Source: Camelus dromedarius
Taxonomy: Eukaryota
Length of the DNA stretch: 64,000 nt
Assembly (NCBI RefSeq): GCF_036321535.1
Contig: NC_087436.1
Coordinates: 63,614,001 to 63,678,000 of the forward strand
Direction: 5' to 3'
Shown: one piece after another, positions 14,363-26,429 of the stretch
How the letters are laid out: each line of letters opens with the position of its first letter
How positions within the stretch are numbered: the first letter of the stretch is position 1
Made by a program: the position numbers and the translations under genes
The notes under the pieces: model-generated
Databases searched by the model: none
The model's input: the letters and a program-made list of their open reading frames with translations, nothing else
Told to the model about the DNA's origin: nothing

Positions 14363-14725
14363 CTACATATGCAAATTTTATTTTTATAGTGTACATTTGA
14401 CTGGTTGTACAGACAACATAGAAGACACAATGATAACTGTCCAAAAACAATGCAGATTTATTAAGTTGTATTTACAGTTGTATTAAGTTTGAACTTTCCA
14501 TCAAGTTAATTCTCATCATCAGTACTTTATTTATTTCTAAATACTATCATATAAGTGACTTTGTCACTTAGCAGACTACTACTCAAGATTCTGTGTAGAG
14601 CTTTCCTTGATACCCTACCACAGGATCCATACTTACGATATCTACTGCCTAATAACCTTGCCTTAATGTCTCCATGGCTAAAATTATCACACCACATTTT
14701 AAATGAGATGTGCCCTCAATATACT

Positions 14726-14764
14726 TTTTTTTTTTAACGAGTAATAGTCATTTTACAATGTTGT
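14726..14764 (-). mobile_element. Ultra-short young L1 3' end with 11-bp TSD
   Basis: poly(T) followed by the reverse complement of an acaacattgtaa..tgactat-type L1 tail, flanked by ctcaatatact at 14715-14725 and 14765-14775. Confidence 0.75.
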
Positions 14765-14899
14765 CTCAATATACTCTTTAACTAAATGCCAAACAGTTGA
14801 ATGTTAAAATCATTAAGGGAAGCCAACTAATACCATCATAGAATAAACACGGAACTTGAAGAAAAATCTGAATACGTTCCCCAAAAGGCAATTATGATT

Positions 14900-16500
14900 A
14901 TACTTTCACTGCTATAGTTGTTAAAAGCCAATTCTATTAGTTTGAAAACTTAGAAAAAACCAATTTCTCCACTCACCTCCAAATGAGGTCAGTGGGTGTG
15001 CAAATGTTTTGGGGTAATTCTTCCAGTGTAGGCTACTGTTGGTGGTAACATTGTCACTAAGTTTGATAGTTTTCCATCATCTAGGTAAAGATTCATCAGC
15101 TCTTCAATTTCTGTAATGTCACCTAATCAATCCTGCAAATTAGAGTTGTTTGCACTGCTTAAAGAAGATTCTCTATAATTTCAGAAGACTTAAAAATGTC
15201 TTCACATATTATTTTATCAGGAATATTTTTGCTCAGTTGCTGTTTTATACTTACTTGCCTGAGATAAAATTTACCTTAATCTTGGATCTAGAAATAGAGC
15301 AATGGAGAAATTTGATTGGTTGCAATATGACAAATCTCTAAATTTCCACCTGCACCTCAGCTTTCATTTCCTGCACACTAATGTGCTATGAAGCAAAATG
15401 TTGGGAAAATCCTTATAGCAGGCACAATGTAAGAAATACTTCTGCTCTCCAGTCACACCAGTTTGGTTATTTCTTTACCCAGTTCTAACAAATAAACCAT
15501 GTTCTCTACAAGCAAGCTGTCTTGAAAGCTGGCATTGTTATTGGCAGAGTGCAGTGTTAAATCTTTAATTCAATCTTTTTAAAAATGCAGTAGCTTCTAT
15601 TCCATCTTGTTTGAGCATCTGATATCTGACAAAGTAGTTCCAACATCTCTTTTATGTCATGTAGATGTTTTTGAATTAAGTAGAGTGATAACATTAGCTC
15701 ACTATTTCCCTGCCTAAGGGCAGAAATTCTGTTACATTTTGTGTTATAATTACTTTTCTAACATACAATTGAAATATGTGGGAAAAATACCCATCGTCTG
15801 CTTATTTACATGTCATTCCTAGCCTTTGCCACTTTTGGTGCATTGTCAGTCACAATTATTTGACATTTGCTTTACCGATTTTCCATTCCATAAATAGTTC
15901 ATCAGTCAGATCCACTCAGTAAAGCAGTAACTCAACATTGTAAAACTTAAAAATATGTATATATGGTTTTATCTTTATGTCTAAATGTGTGATTATAAAA
16001 GTTAGAAAAATACTAATTCAATAATATTGCTAACATTTATGTTGGTATGCACTGAAGAATGTAAGTCAAGTACTTAGTGTTTCAGTAACATGTCTTATAA
16101 ATGGAATTCTGTTACTTAGAATTAACAGCTTGAATTAAACTAAAAATTCTTTGATATTCATCCACAGAAAATGTGTGGTATTCTTTTGCAGACATTTCAG
16201 TAAGACTTTGCTCAAAATTTTTGCCTCTATAGGCTTAAAATCATCAGAAGATTACTAAATCATTTGTGAAAACTCTGTTTTGAAGTTTGGTAAATGAAAA
16301 CAACATATGGTTTTCAGTACATTATTTATCTCCAACTTTTAAAATTCTCTTCTTACCCACTATTTTTATATCATAATTAAAAACTATTTATCGTAGATAT
16401 TTGGGGTCTTTTCTTTCTCATGAAATTTTGTAGTGGCATTGTTCTCTTAAATCATTTTCTCAACTTGCACAGAATTCCCAAAAAGGAATACTAAAGTCAA
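14900..16500 (-). mobile_element. Ancient hAT (Ac-group, ZBED1/ZBED4-like) transposase fossil, near full length, multiply frameshifted
   Basis: Collinear degenerate motifs on the minus strand: BED-finger-like FWEF..END...C..KIS (~16400-16490), EMSAKEYHTFSVDE (16157-16198), IVTDNAPKVAKA (~15820-15856), YFSHIFQL (CxxH-like, 15766-15789), DAQTRWNRSY (~15590-15620), ALFLDPRL (~15277-15300), and hATC-like EELMNLYLDD...PTLEEL...PLTSFGGE (~14960-15110). Confidence 0.8.
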
Positions 16501-16679
16501 AGCCAAATTTCTATGCTTCCTGAAATATGTGTTTATGTGAATACTGTCTCCAACAAACTATGATAATCATAAGAAAAGAGACTGCATTTTATTTCTCTCG
16601 TTGTCAAGAATAGAGCATGACAGATACAAGGCACTCAATAAACACTTGTGGACTGAAAAAAAGTGTGTTTAAAATAATA

Positions 16680-16900
16680 CAGCATGATGTAATGGAAAAG
16701 ATTTGCATTTGCATTCAGAAAGATTTATTTTTCCATTTGCTAGCATTGTGATCCTAGGGAATTTAATTAACATCTCTGAATGTAAATTTCCTCATCTGCA
16801 GAATAGTCCTGAAACTCCCTGAGTTGTTGCGATATGTGTAAGGGTATTTTAAAACACCAGCACAATGCTTGCCATCTAGTAAGTGCTCAGTATGGTGACT
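16680..16900 (+). mobile_element. MIR SINE
   Basis: tgtgatcctaggga..ttaacatctctg...tttcctcatctgca...agcacaatgc..gtaagtgctca. Confidence 0.75.
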
Positions 16901-17638
16901 AACAGGAAGGAAGGAAAAAAAGAAATGAAGTGAGTTAATGTTTGCATTGATTAAAGAACAATTTGGTTCCCAGTATCTATAAGCACGTATTTAAGGATCT
17001 AATTTACTGAACAGAATTTATTGAACTGAAAAAAATAGTAACCCTCCATAAAAATAACTAACTTTTGAAAAATCACAGAACACCTCAGGGATACAAACAT
17101 CAGATATTTTCTGAGAAGCCTCTTGAAGTTCATCCAATTAACTCTTCAGTAACAAAAATGACCAAATCTCATTTGTCCAATGCCTGTGAATAAGTGTTTC
17201 TGCATTTGAGTCATGTTTCTACCTAATTATAAGGAAAGCCCATAAATCATTATATTATCTCCTCACAGTCTCCCTTATTTCTAATAATCAGTAGGGCTAT
17301 TTCTTGGCTTACAACAGTAAATTCAAAAGAATCTCTCCACTTATGTGAGTTCTGCAGAATTCCAGATTTATATGAGAAATGACCTCAATTACTCACATTC
17401 TTCACTCTTTCTAATTCTCTTAAGAATTGCAAAATGTATTAACCAGAATGATGTTCCAAATATTAATACTCCCATCAGTCATTTCAATTTTCTCAGTCTT
17501 GGTCACTGATACCAATCTCTCTGTATAACTGCTAATTAGATTCAAGTACAAAAATGTGTAAATACCTTCTAGTTAATAAGAACCTGCTATATCAAGAGTC
17601 TAATAAATATTTCCCTATTGATATTTTATCCTATCATA

Positions 17639-17663
17639 TGTGTGTGTGTGTGTGTGTGTGTGT
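17639..17663 (+). repeat. (TG)n microsatellite
   Basis: About 12 TG units. Confidence 0.95.
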
Positions 17664-17689
17664 ATGCACAAACAAGTTACTTTTAATGA

Positions 17690-19500
17690 AATTATGAAGT
17701 TACAATACTTCAAAATTATGTTGATAGTTTTAATTCTTATTAATCATTAAAGTAATATATGTATATATTTTAAGTCATTTTGACCTAAAGAGATTATAAT
17801 AAAAAATAGTTTCCCCAGTCCCTAGCCCTACTCAGTTCAACAACCATTTTCAACTCTTAGTCGTTCCTATTGCCTGATATTTAATTCCATAATTTAAATG
17901 ATCTGCTGATGATGCTTAATTTTGAAACTTCATTTGCCGCCTTTATGATGGATAATGATTTAGCTCTCTTATAAGCACTTTCCCCTCAGTCCTCCTCCCA
18001 ACATTCCTCAAATGATCATATATTAAATATATGATAAAATTATTTTAAATTGTTGGTTAATATTTTAATTTTTGCTTTTAAATATAAATGATATAAATAA
18101 TTACAAAATTAGTTTAAACTGTTAGTTAATATTTAATATTTACTATGGGAATACCAATTTGTATTTTGGTTATGTAATATTTTTCCACAGAATTCTGAAA
18201 CTGTTGCTCTCTATATTTCTAGTTTCCAGCTATAACAGCTGAGAATTTCCAGTAGCAGGTTCATGATCATTTGCATGAACTGTTCTCTTTTTTTTTCAAA
18301 TTTCCTAAAAACATTAGATCTTCTCTTTAGGCTCAGTTTTCTGCAATTTGTAATGTGTCACCAATTTTCTATAACCTCACTTTCTAGAACTCTTAAAATT
18401 TGATTCTTTTTTTTTTTAAATTTGAATCTTTAACATCTTGAATTAGTCATTTAATTTCTCTATCTTTTCCTGCATTTTATTCTATTTCTTTTATTGCATT
18501 TTAATTCTCTTCTGAAACTTTCCTGAATCTTTATTTAAAGCTACAAATAAATGCTTAATTTCCACTATTACTTTTTTCTCAAATTGCTATTTCCTGTTGT
18601 GATTCTATTTTATAAGAGCTTTTAATTATTTTATGGGTGAATGTCTAACTGTCCATTTCTTCATATGGACTATTTTCTTCAGATGTTGAAGTTCTCTTCT
18701 GCTCTATTTTGTTTTTCCTTTTGGTTTCTTTGTTTTCAAATACCTCAGATCTGAAATGCCTAAAGAACTCTTACAAATCTGTAAGATAAGAGGAACACCA
18801 AATTTTTAAAAGATGGATGAAATACTTGAACAACAAAAAAAAGTGTATCTGAGTAGCTAATAATCATATAGTGTTCAGTGTCATCAATCAACGGGGAAAG
18901 GAAAAATAAAACTTCAATGTGATACTCCTGTACACAGTTCCAAATGGCTAAAATTGTTGACAATAACAAGAGTTGACAAGAATGTGGAACAATGCAAAGT
19001 TGCAGAATAACTCCCATTTCAGACAGCCATGCCACACTTAACTAAAGCCTACCAGATACTTTTAAAAAATTATCATCTTTTTTTTTTTGTCTGATTTATG
19101 TTGCAGGAATGGTGGTGGTCAAGGTCTTATTTTACTTTACTGCTATTATATATCTGTCAGTTATGTCATTCTCTTCTGTATTTTTAAGTTTTTTCACTTT
19201 ATCTGTTTTGTTATGTTGTCCAGTACACTGGACACTGTAACATCTTTAGTATGGACTGTTCCATTTATTACTGTAAAATAACTCCTTTTGGTATTGCTTA
19301 TTTCTTTCCTTCTCAAATTATTTATTAGATACTAATGTTGACCCTGCTGCCTTAGGCACCAATATTTGCCTTCTTATTGACTTTGTTCCTTTCAGCTTTC
19401 TGGGGTTTTTTTTGTTTGTTTGTTTTATGTGTTTCTCATTTTAACCTGAATAGTCTTTTCTTTCAATTCCTTTACCTTTATTTTAAGTAGGCAATTCACT
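17690..19500. mobile_element. Mosaic of old L1 fragments (minus 17.7-18.7 kb, plus 18.76-19.0 kb, minus 19.1-19.5 kb)
   Basis: T-rich L1ME-like segments; the plus-strand piece reads aaagaactcttacaaat...gttgacaagaatgtggaacaa. Confidence 0.6.
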
Positions 19501-20867
19501 GTCAATTTAAATATCCACTTACAAGTCTACTCATAAACACAGCACCAAACAAAATACTTTTCTCAAGTCAGACCTCAGATGTTTAGGTATCATCTCTTAA
19601 GTAGAGATCACAATGCCTGTCTTCCTCTCTCTCTCTCTTTTTTTTTTTTTTTTGTACTTAGATTTCTCTCTTTTTTCTTAATCACAACTACTCAGGATAG
19701 GTAACTGGAACTGAACAAACTCTGGTTTGGAATTCAGGATTTTTCAAAATACTGCTCATCTTGCTTCACCAGCACTATTCATAGGCCAGAATTGTGATGC
19801 CAGCATAACCAAAGTGAGACTGTTGATCATGACACCTCAGGAAGAGTGATGTCAGCATTATAGAAGTGTAAGTCATTCTTCTCTTCTCTTCCTGTTCTTT
19901 TTAAACAATTAGAAACATCTAAAATTGAACAAAAGTGCTTTATATCTTATAGCAAGGGACCAGAAAATATTGTTGCCTACCCGTATCCCTATGAATAAAC
20001 AAACAAGACCTCAGTAAGAGCTTCAGATCCAAGAAATTCAGTGACCCTTCACCATCCCCTCTCACTGTGATCAGAAAAATACTTGGGGAGGGCAAACCTG
20101 AACAGGTACTCACAGGTGAAAGAGAAACTGTAAAAGTGACAACTGCCTGAGGGGAGATTTCAGCATTCTATCTGAAAAGGATAGAGAGAGTTTGGATGCA
20201 GAGGAGGAGGAGGAACTTACCAGAACTGCCCCCCTCCCTAGGCTGACACTTCAAAGGGCTTAGACATTTGGCAGTGGCAGTGGTGACCTTTCCCACAGAG
20301 GAGGTAGAAAGCAGAGACCTTTCCTGCATAGGAAGTGAGTGGTGAAAGTGGTGAGTCACCCTGGCTACCTCAGTAGCACAGGTTGTAGCTGGAGGAACCT
20401 GTTTCTCTCCAGCATTACTCTGACTTCTGAGGAGCAACTTCCATCACTCAGGGGAAGGAGGATGAAAGAAAGGAAGCATATAAGAATACTGAAGGGCATT
20501 AAAGAAACATGGTTCCTGCTGTCCACTTCAGGACTTCAACAGAAAATCCACCCACAAACCTCTAGGAGTACCCAACTTGAGGATCTTCCCACTGGATTCC
20601 TAAGAACCCCCTAAGCCCCAAGGGCTAAACCCACACCTCCCTCCACTATGCTGCTGGCTCCTTATGCATGATACTGAGTGTGTCCATGAGAGTAAGCTCT
20701 GGTAGACAGGGACCTTGCTCAGAAATAGGCCAAGGTTGGTGGACAAGGGAGAACAACAAAATTGACCTTTAGCACCACATTCTAGAATACAAAAAAGAGG
20801 ATTCTAAATAGCCAGCCTGGTGAATTGTAAGAAGACATAAAAGTTTAGTTAAGAAGGTATCTGCTAC

Positions 20868-21087
20868 ATACTAACTACTAGATATAAAATAGATAAACAA
20901 CAAGTTTCTACTGTATAGCTCAGGGAACTATATTTAATGTCATAGTAACGTACAATGAGAAAATATGAAAAGGAATTTATGTATATATACATAAAACTGA
21001 AACATTATGCTATAGACCAGAAATTGGCACAACACTGTAAACTGACTATACTTCAATAAAAATAAATAAAATAGAAAAAATAATAAA
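20868..21087 (+). mobile_element. Young L1 3' end nested in the 5' region of the older L1; 14-bp TSD
   Basis: TSD aaggtatctgctac at 20854-20867 and 21088-21101. Ends aactgactatacttcaataaa plus an A-rich tail. Confidence 0.9.
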
Positions 21088-21540
21088 AAGGTATCTGCTA
21101 CTTCAAATGCAAAAGCAGAAGCACTTGACAAGCAGTAATGAAAAACCAAGGAAATATGATATCATTAAAAGAAAATAATAATTCCCCAGAAACCAAACAA
21201 ACCAAAAGGCACAGAATATTGTGAACTAACTGATAAAGAACTTAAAATAGCTATTATGAAGAAATCTAAAAGCTACAAGAAAACTCAGAAAAACAATTCA
21301 ATGAAATCAGGAATAAAGTCAATAAACAAAAGTTCTTTATCAAAGAGATTGAAATTATAAAGAAATAACCAAATTGAAATTCTGGAGCTGAAGAAGTCAA
21401 TGAATTAAGTGAAAAATGCAATAGAAAACATCTACATTAGGGCAAACCACATGGAAGAATAAACAAATGACTTGGAAGATAGAAATATAGAAATAATTCA
21501 GTTAGAAGAGAGGGAACTAAGATTTTAAGAGAGTGAAGAA

Positions 21541-21580
21541 ATTGACATATTGTAACTGACTATACTTCAATTTAAAAAAA
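21541..21580 (+). mobile_element. 40-bp young L1 3' end nested in ORF1 of the older L1
   Basis: attgacatattgtaactgactatacttcaatttaaaaaaa flanked by agagtgaa(g/a)aa at 21530-21540 and 21581-21591. Confidence 0.8.
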
Positions 21581-24204
21581 AGAGTGAAAAAAGCCTACAA
21601 GAGCTTTCAGATAGATTATGATAAGAAAGGCAAATATTCAAATAACTAGGGTTTCAAAAGAAGAAGAGAGGGATAAGGGGGCAGAAAGTTTATTTAAAGA
21701 AATAATAGCTGAGAACTTCCCAAACTTGGGAAGGGACTTGAACATACACATTCATGGAGCTAATAGAACATACTGTTATCTAAATACAAAGAGACCTACT
21801 CCAAAATACATCATAAAGAAACTGCCAAAAATCAGTAATAAAGAAAGAATCTTAAAGGCAGTGAAAGGAAATAGAATGTAACTTACAAAGGAACCCCCAT
21901 TATATCAGCAATTTCTCAGCAAAAATTCTACAGGCCAGGAGAAAGTAGAATGATATATTCAAAGTGTGGAAGAAAAAAAATTACCAGCCAAGAATGCTTT
22001 ATTCAGAAAAGTTATCCTTCAGTATGAAAGAGAAATAAATGTTTTCCTAAAAGAACAAAAGCTGAGGGAGTTTACCAACACTAGACCTGCCTTGAGAGAA
22101 ATGCTGAACGGAGTTCTTTAAGCTAAAATGAAAAGATGCTGATCAGTGACATGATAACATATATAAGTGTACACTACACTAACAAAGGTGAAAAATAGAC
22201 CAGATTTAGGAAACAGTAACTCTCTTTTAGGACAATGTTTTAACCACTCAACTGTAGTAAAAGAGAAAAAGAGTAGTAAAAATAACTATAGCTACTATAA
22301 TTGTTATCTAATACGTGACATTAAAAATAGGTAAATTATAACATCAATAATATGAAAGGGAATATTAAGGTTTGGCGCCTCTAGAGATTTTGAATATGCT
22401 ATCAATCTAAAATGGACTGTTTTATCTGTCAGATGCTTTATGTAATCTACAAGTTAACCACATAGTAAAAAATGGAGAGTAAATCCACAGAAGACAAAGA
22501 AAGTGGAAACAGAGCATATCACCATGGGAAATAACCAATTTACAAAAGTAGGCAGAGAGGGAAAAAGAAATAGCAAAAAATACAAAACAACCAGAGAATA
22601 ATTAATAAGATTCCCACATATAAATAATCACTCTAATGTAAATGAACTGAATTCACCAGTCAAAAGGCACAGAGTGGCTGGATGGATTAAAAAGCAAGAC
22701 TCAATTATATGCTGGTTGCAGGAGACTCATTTCATCTCTAAAGACATAATAGGCTCAAAGTAAAGGGGTAGAAGATTTTCCACACATGTGGAAACCAAAA
22801 GAAAGCAGGCATAGCCATATACATACCAGACAAAATAGACTTTATGGCAAAAATGGTAACAGGAGACCTAGAAGTCATTATATATTGAAAAAGGTGTCAA
22901 GAAGATATAACAATCATCATAAACATGTATGCATCTCACACGGAAGCACCTAAATATATCAAGTAAGTACTAACAGATCTGAAGGGAGAAATACACAACA
23001 GAATAATAGGGGACTTTAGTACCTCATTTTCAGCAATATATAGATAATACAGACAGAAAATCAACAAGGAAATATTGGAATTGAACAATACTTTAAACCA
23101 AAATGGACTTAATCAGCACCTATAGAACATTCCATGTGACAGCAACAGAACATACATTCTTTTCAAGTGCACACAGGACATTCTCTATGATAGATCATAC
23201 AATAGAACATAAAACAAGTCTTAGAAAATTTAAAATTGAAATTATACCAACTGACCACAAAGGAATGAAACTAGAAATGAACAAGAGGAAAGCTAGAAAA
23301 TCTGAAATATGTGGAAACTAAACAACACTTCTAAACAACACTTGGGTCAAAGAAGAAGTCAAAGGAGAAATTAAAAAATGCTGCAAAGCAAATGAAAGTG
23401 AAAACACAACATATCAAAACATATAAGATGCTGCAGGCATAGTTCATAGAGAAGAGAATTCATAGTGATAAATCCATGTATTAAAAAAGTAGAAAGATCT
23501 TAAACCAACAACCTAACTTTACATCATGAGAAACTAGAAGAAGAAGAAAAAAGTAAGTCCAGAGTTGGCAGAAGGAAGGAGATAATAAAAATCAGGGTGG
23601 AAATAAAGAAATAGAGACCAGGAAAAAAACAAACAAACTGAAAACTAATTTTCTGAAAAGATAAAATTGACAAACTTTTAGCTAGACTGAAGAAAAAAAA
23701 AAGAGTGAAGACCCAAAATAAGAAATGTAAGAGGAGACATTAAAACTGATACTACAGAAATGCATAGAATCAAAAGAGACACTACAAGAAATGAAAACTA
23801 TAAACGAATATCCCTGATGGATACAGACGTAAAAATTTTCAACAAAATACTAGCAAACCAAATTCAAGAACACATTAAAAGGATTATACACAGTAACCAA
23901 GTGGCATCTTTTCCTGGGATGCAAGGAAGGTTCAACATATGCAAATCAAAAACTGTTAATATATTACATTAATAGAATGAAAGATAAAAATTACATGATC
24001 ATCTGCATCTATGTATGCAGAAAAAGCATTTGACAAAATGCAACATTCTTTCATGATAAAAACCTTCAACAGATTGGGTTTAGAAGGAACAAACCTCAAC
24101 ATAATAAAGGCCATATACAACAAACCCATAGTTAATATTCAATGGTGAAAAACTGAAAGCTTTTCCTTTAAGATCAGGAACAAGATAAGGATGTCCACTC
24201 ATAC

Positions 24205-24599
24205 CTTCCCCAACACTCCTCCAAGGGCAGCCCCCCAGACCCCCATGGGGTCACCCATGAGGAGAGATGGCCTTCTCTTGCCCCTCCCTGGGGCATGGAG
24301 GGTGGAGTGGGCCCCCCCCCCAGTCCCCCATAACTCCCTGTATATCTGTATAAATAACTGGGATTTTAATGGAGCCCCACCCCACCCATGTTGTTATCAC
24401 TGTGTGATAGCCTGTCAGTCTCCCCTCCAGGCCCTCCACTCTCTTCCTCTATTTATTTCACTCTCTTTTTTAGGTTCCACCCTGTGCCCTCTGGCCCCCT
24501 TCTAGGTTCCTGTTTATAAGCCCCATCCCCTCTGCCCTGGACTTATATGTGAAACTTGTCTTAATAAACCCTTTGGAGTAAAAAAAATACATATATATA
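24205..24599 (+). pseudogene. Processed retrocopy of the 3' UTR of an unidentified GC-rich mRNA, nested in L1 ORF2
   Basis: Abrupt C-rich non-L1 block. AATAAA at 24563-24568 and A-run at 24580-24587. L1 ORF2 resumes (atagtactggaagtcctagc) where it was interrupted (ggatgtccactc). Confidence 0.8.
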
Positions 24600-25209
24600 T
24601 AGTACTGGAAGTCCTAGCTAAAATAGTCAGGCAAGAGAAAGAAATAAAAGGTATCCAAAATGGACAGGAAGAAGTAAAACTTATTATTTACAGATAATAT
24701 GATTTTTGTATAGAATATCTTAAAAACTCCACTAAAAAACTATTAGCTCTAATCAACAAATTCAGTAAAGTTACAGGATATAAGATTAACATATAAAAAT
24801 CAGTCACATTTCTGTATATTTATAATGAAACACCTGAAAAAGAAATAAAGAAAACTATTTTATTTACAATAGCATCAGAAGAAAAACAAGCTAGGAATAA
24901 ATTTCTTCACAGAAATGAAAGGTTGTTAGAACTAAACTATAACCTCAAACTTGTTAGAATAGCTATCATCAAGAAGACAAAAGATAACCAGTGTTGGTGA
25001 GGATGTCGAGAGAAGGGAAACTTGTGCAGTATTGGTGGGAATGTTCAATTTGTTCAATACTATGGAAAACAACATATAGGTTCCTCAAAAGGTTAAAAGA
25101 AGGAACTATCATATGATCTAGCAAAGCCACTTCTGGCTACTTATCCAAAGGAAACAAGAAGTCAAAAAGATAGACACACAACCGTGTTCACTGTGTAAGA
25201 ATTATATAA

Positions 25210-25335
25210 ATGACCATGCCCTAGTCTTAGATATTCTGATTCAGTTGTCCTAAAATTCTATCTGACTCTCAGTAATTTTTATTTTAATTTCCCCAGGTAA
25301 TTCTAATGTGCAGCCTGATCTGAGAATCACTGACT
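25210..25335. mobile_element. MER5-like MITE
   Basis: ttctgattcagttg...ccccaggtaattctaatgtgcagcc..tgagaatcactg. Confidence 0.65.
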
Positions 25336-25614
25336 AGCTCCTGCTCTATCTTTATTCCTCTGGAGGGAAGTGGTATTCTTGTTAAGAAAAGAGGTTCATC
25401 TAGAGACAAAAAGCTAGGTTTGGAAAAGCCATTTGGTGCAAGATATTGAGCAAACAATCAAGCTTTCTTGGTCTCAGTTTTTATCTATAAAACCTAGAAT
25501 ATAATAAATGCCCACCTCACAGTATTGTTTGAAAGAATATATGTGGTAATGTATATGAGGTATTTCTTTTTTTACTTTTGGTAGGGGTTATAATAGCTAC
25601 CTTTTACTTATATT

Positions 25615-26400
25615 CTATTCATTAATTCTTCTGTTTCTCTATTAATTTAGTATTTCCTAAGCCCTTATATATGCCAGATGCTGGTGATTAATTAGAAAAC
25701 AAAAACAACTTTAAATGACTTCCTAGAGCTTAGATTCTAGAGGCAGAAAAAACTATAAATAAACAGATAGACAACCCAATGTTAGGATGCATTAGGTGAC
25801 ATTATGAAAAACAAATAATGGAAATAAAATTAAAAAGTAAAAGGGCATACTATTTTAGTTTGAATAGTCAAAGAACTCTTGAGGAGGTAATATTTGTGTA
25901 AAGACCTCAATGAAACGAAATATGCCACTGGAATACGTGCATTGAATATTCAATTCAAAGGTAACAATAAAAAGACCTGAGGTGAGTGTTGTTTATATTG
26001 TTATTTGTGTCTGATTGGTTTTGGTTTTGGTTTTGAGGTGTTTTAAGAGATTAGCTAGTAAGGCAAGGACCTAACAGTATAGTCTTACAAGGTATAATGT
26101 AGACTTATCTTTTATTTTAAGGTTGGAAAGAAATCATTGTAATCTTTAAAAAATGGAATGATGTAAACCAACTTTATTTTCAAGGATCATGGCAAGTGGT
26201 GTAGAGAGCAAGACAATATAAAGCGTGTAGGTAGGGATCATTTGCACTGGCTGTTCATTTGACTAAAGGTATTGGCATAGGTATTGAGAAATGGTAGTTT
26301 CAAAGATATGTTTTGGAAACAGAATCAATTTTCTTTGTTGATAGATTAGATGTAGAGTGAAAAACAGTGACAAATCCAGGATAACTTCAAGTTTTATAAT
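25615..26400 (-). mobile_element. L2 LINE fragment
   Basis: Reverse complement of the L2 3' region (atatgccagatgctgg...gagcttagattctag...gaggaggtaatatttg). Confidence 0.7.
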
Positions 26401-26429
26401 ATACCAAGCAATGGACTTGATATATATAC

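Larger units (their letters stand above)
19950..25195 (+). mobile_element. Near full-length, internally deleted L1 (5' region, ORF1 ~21138-22140, ORF2 ~22610-25195), inactive
   Basis: ORF track gives L1 ORF1 peptide (EIIAENFPNL, RPTPKYII) and ORF2 EN/RT peptides ([43 protein letters not shown]), with many stops. Confidence 0.95.

Noticed and set aside
14977..15122. Apparent exon (AG...gtgagt) reading DITEIEELMNLYLDD
   Set aside because: It is the C-terminal dimerisation region of the hAT transposase fossil. It is 146 nt, breaks the frame of the exon chain, and has stops in all frames.
21618..23972. L1 ORF1/ORF2 peptides as functional genes
   Set aside because: Fragmented by stops, nested insertions and deletions; the element is inactive.
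24191..24505. 104-aa proline-rich ORF
   Set aside because: A chance ORF across the L1/retrocopy junction in C-rich 3'-UTR sequence.
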